Source: Vicugna vicugna
Lineage: Eukaryota
Direction of reading: 5' to 3'
Assembly: GCA_013265495.1 (NCBI GenBank)
Contig: MU058836.1
Location: forward strand, 496,001 to 560,000
DNA: 64,000 bases
Of this stretch, positions 61,105 to 64,000 are shown in pieces (positions within the stretch are counted from its first letter, which is position 1; each line of letters begins with the position of its first letter). Under the pieces are notes generated by a model that was given only the letters and a program-made list of their open reading frames with translations, had not been told where the DNA came from and ran no database searches. A program made the position numbers and the translations under genes.

Positions 61105-61250
61105 AGTTTTTAAATTAGTTTTAATTGTGGTAAAAAAAAATACAGAACGTAAAATTTACCATCTTAGCCAATTTTTAGTGTATTAACCATTTTTTAGTGT
61201 AATTTACCATCTTAACCATTTTTTAGTGTTCAGTGGCATTAAGTGGACAC
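61105..61250 (-). mobile_element. L1MB-like 3' end with internal tandem duplications
   Basis: ttttaattgtggtaaaa...aaaatttaccatcttagccaatttttagtgt repeated about 2.5 times...ttcagtggcattaagt. Confidence 0.7.
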
Positions 61251-62219
61251 TCTTAAAAATGGAATTTATCACGAACGGCTAATAATTGAGTTGCTCTAAC
61301 TCAAGGTTTTGATTTTATTTTATATATTGTATGCACACACACACACATACACATATGTCGATTAGAAGAGAAAATAATGGTGCTAGTGAGAAAGTTTCTA
61401 CTATTGAAAAGTATATTAAGCTAGTCTGGTGTAACTGAGAAGAGTTTTACACCACTTGTCGCAGAATGTGACCCAATTCCCTCATTTGACTGATGAAAAT
61501 ATTGCCTAAGCAGAAGTGACTAGGGCCCTTTGGGGTTGTTTGTGATAAATCCTCATGGGAAGGTGCTACTGGCCCCACTTGAAAGTGCATTCAAATCAAT
61601 GCTACAAACATTTGTTCAAAGCTCTCATCTGTGCCAGACACTTACTCCAAGCACTGGGGACCAGAAACAAATAACACATCCCCTGCTCTTAAGAGCTCAA
61701 GTCCATAGGAGATATAGATATTTAATATCAGAAAATATTTGGTATTTTTCTTTTCTTTTTTAAAATACAGTCTTTCTACCCTTAAATATTTTTTAAAGGA
61801 TGCTACAATCTTCCATTGGTCAATTCCTGCCTCTCCTTTACTCCTCCCCTTAGTCAGTCCCTGACCCCGGTATCCTACCTTTTAAATATTTTCCCACAGG
61901 GATCAGCTTTTGTAAGGAAGGGTCAAGTGCTTGTGGGCGTCAAAGAGACACGAAAAAATGCAGATCGAAAGTTCAGGAGGGTTCTGTGTTGGAAAGAAAA
62001 ACTTGAGAACAATTAGCTGGAAGTGGTCAGAGAGCATCTGGTGAACATTGCTTCCCGAGCGTCTCATCTGGTACTGCTGCAGCCTTTCCTGGCCTGAAGG
62101 AGTCACTGCGTTCCTTCACAAACGTATCCTGCCCAGAAGAAGGCAGAAGACCCTTCTCCAGGAAGCTCTTAGACATCCCGAATCCACTCTTTCTCTGCCT
62201 GTTCATAATTGTTGCTTTC

Positions 62220-62545
62220 TGTCCTGGGTCCTTTTCATGGTCACTTTATGCTGTCTTCCTGGACTATCTCATGTAATCCTGACTTTAATTATCATATATA
62301 ATCTGATGACTCCAAAATTTAAGTTATCAACAAAGACTTCATTCCTCAACCTTAGAACGACAGATCCAACTGCCTACAGACATTTTCACTTAGATGTTCC
62401 ACTAGCATATTCCTTGAGCATGTCTAAAAGTTACCTGTCTCCTACCACCAGATCTCTTCATCCCATGCCTTGGGGTGTGTGTGTGTGTGTGTGTGTATGT
62501 GTGTGTGTTGTTTTATCTTGGTGAATTGCACTAACATCCACCCAT
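62220..62545 (+). mobile_element. L2 fragment containing a (TG)n microsatellite (62475-62507)
   Basis: tgatgactccaaaattta...atccaactgcctacagacattttcacttagatgttcc. Confidence 0.65.
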
Positions 62546-63419
62546 TTTTTCTTCTCTCTGTCAATGAGACATGGCAGGGAGAGCAACATAAATCAGAGCT
62601 GCAAGATTCTTAGTGCCTTTGGAATTAGCATATCTGAAATGCAGGGATACATAAGAATGCATTAAGGATTAATGGCACAATCTCCGATTCCTATGCCCTT
62701 TATATTGGGTTCCCCATTTTAGGAGTGCATCAGAAATCAGGCAGGATGGAGATGGGGCTAGGCTACCATTCCAAGAAGAGGCACACTAGGGAAACATAAA
62801 CCAGATCAATATGCCATACTCCAAACTCAGGATTTTCAGAGCTGTTTCCTAGCGAGTCAGTGATTTTTAGTCCTTAATTTAGCTAATGGATTTTAACCAC
62901 TATCTATGGCTAATGAGAAGAGAGAGAGAAAAAAATTATTTTTATGGCCTGTGGGATTTTATCAATTTGATTCCCTATTACTTTTCAGTGTTGGATGAAA
63001 GGGAAAAAAAGGGAGACCATGAATACCTGGAAGGGCTAATTTATTTGGATGATGCACTTGTTTCTGGTAAGATCTTGGAATGTACTACTGGAGGTGGCGG
63101 ACTTTCAAAGAAAAGCAGACCTAATTTTGCTCTGTGATAATTCTTAGTTCTGTTTGAGCTCAGTGTCACAAGAAATATATTAGCCAACTGACCCTATCCC
63201 TCTAATTACAGAAATTCAAAGAGGTTCCTAGAGTTCAACAGCAACGGAGGAGATTTTGAGACACCATTCTAGAATTATAAAATCATAAATGAGCTTGCTT
63301 AGAGCTATCAGGTCAAGAACCCAGAAGCAACGATGTCCAGAGCCCTGGGCCCTGCATCATTAGAACAGAGGACTATCACCAGACCTTCATGTCCCTGATG
63401 GATCTTCTGAGCTTCATGG

Positions 63420-63560
63420 ATACAGGGATTTTTTGCGGGAGGATGACGATGTTTTGGAACTAGACAGAGGTGCTGGTTGTACAACACTGGGAATGTACTA
63501 AGTGTCACTGAATTGCTTACTTTAGATTATAGCCTAAATTGGTTAATAGTATGTTATATA
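63420..63560 (+). mobile_element. L1MB-like 3' end
   Basis: gatgttttggaactagacagaggtgctggttgtacaacactgggaatgtactaagtgtcactgaattg...ttta. Confidence 0.8.
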
Positions 63561-64000
63561 CCATTATTATTATATATAATATTATATAATATTATATATT
63601 ATATTATTTATCAAATATAATTATTATGAAGTATAATATGTAATATTCAAGTTAAACAAAACTGTATATAATATAAAATATATAGTATAATATATACTGT
63701 GTTATATATATACTATAGTATAATATGTAACATAATATACAATAATTATTATATATTATATATAAATATATATTTATTTTAATATATTTTATATATGTTA
63801 TATATTTTTATATATTTTATATATTTATAAATATATATGTTATGTATTTACATTTTATAAATATATATACTTAATATGTTTATATATTTAATATATTATA
63901 TATTTATATATTATATATTTATATGTATTTTATATAGTATATAGTAGTATGCTATAGTATATTATATAATAGTATGTTATAGTATAAATGGTTAATTATA
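63560..64000. repeat. Extremely AT-rich (TA)n-type low-complexity tract, running off the window end
   Basis: Almost entirely A/T with TATA/TATT units and recurring atagtat motifs. Confidence 0.9.

Noticed and set aside
1..64000. CRISPR arrays, operons, rRNA or other prokaryotic systems
   Set aside because: The sequence is mammalian intron/intergenic DNA; I saw no regularly spaced repeats or gene-dense coding structure.

Overview
Mammalian (eukaryotic) genomic DNA, most likely a camelid. It carries three tRNA-Ala(AGC)-derived SINEs of the vic-1 type, cetartiodactyl-type L1 3' ends and no Alu or BovB-like SINEs. Bases 1-~15.2 kb hold the 3' end of a + strand protein-coding gene that I cannot name with confidence. 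I can reconstruct three phase-compatible coding exons (6679-6811, 7300-7381, 12359-12566) encoding an acidic tail ending ...LLENAEAKKE*, plus a ~2.6 kb 3'UTR with several poly(A) signals. The remaining ~49 kb has no supportable gene: it is rich in MIR, L2, MLT1, LTR16 and MER elements, with repeat-poor islands that look like enhancers. The most notable observations are: (1) a C-terminal splicing switch with up to four possible endings, and an exon whose acceptor doubles as a near-perfect donor (recursive-splice-type site); (2) a fossil Ty3/gypsy RT-RNase H at ~53.9-54.7 kb, with possible gag/protease remnants on the opposite strand; (3) an exact 41-bp templated insertion copied from 3.4 kb away; (4) a MER41-like solo LTR with degenerate GAS sites. 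Repeat subfamily names come from recognition by eye, and their boundaries are approximate. Most ORFs in the supplied track are spurious.
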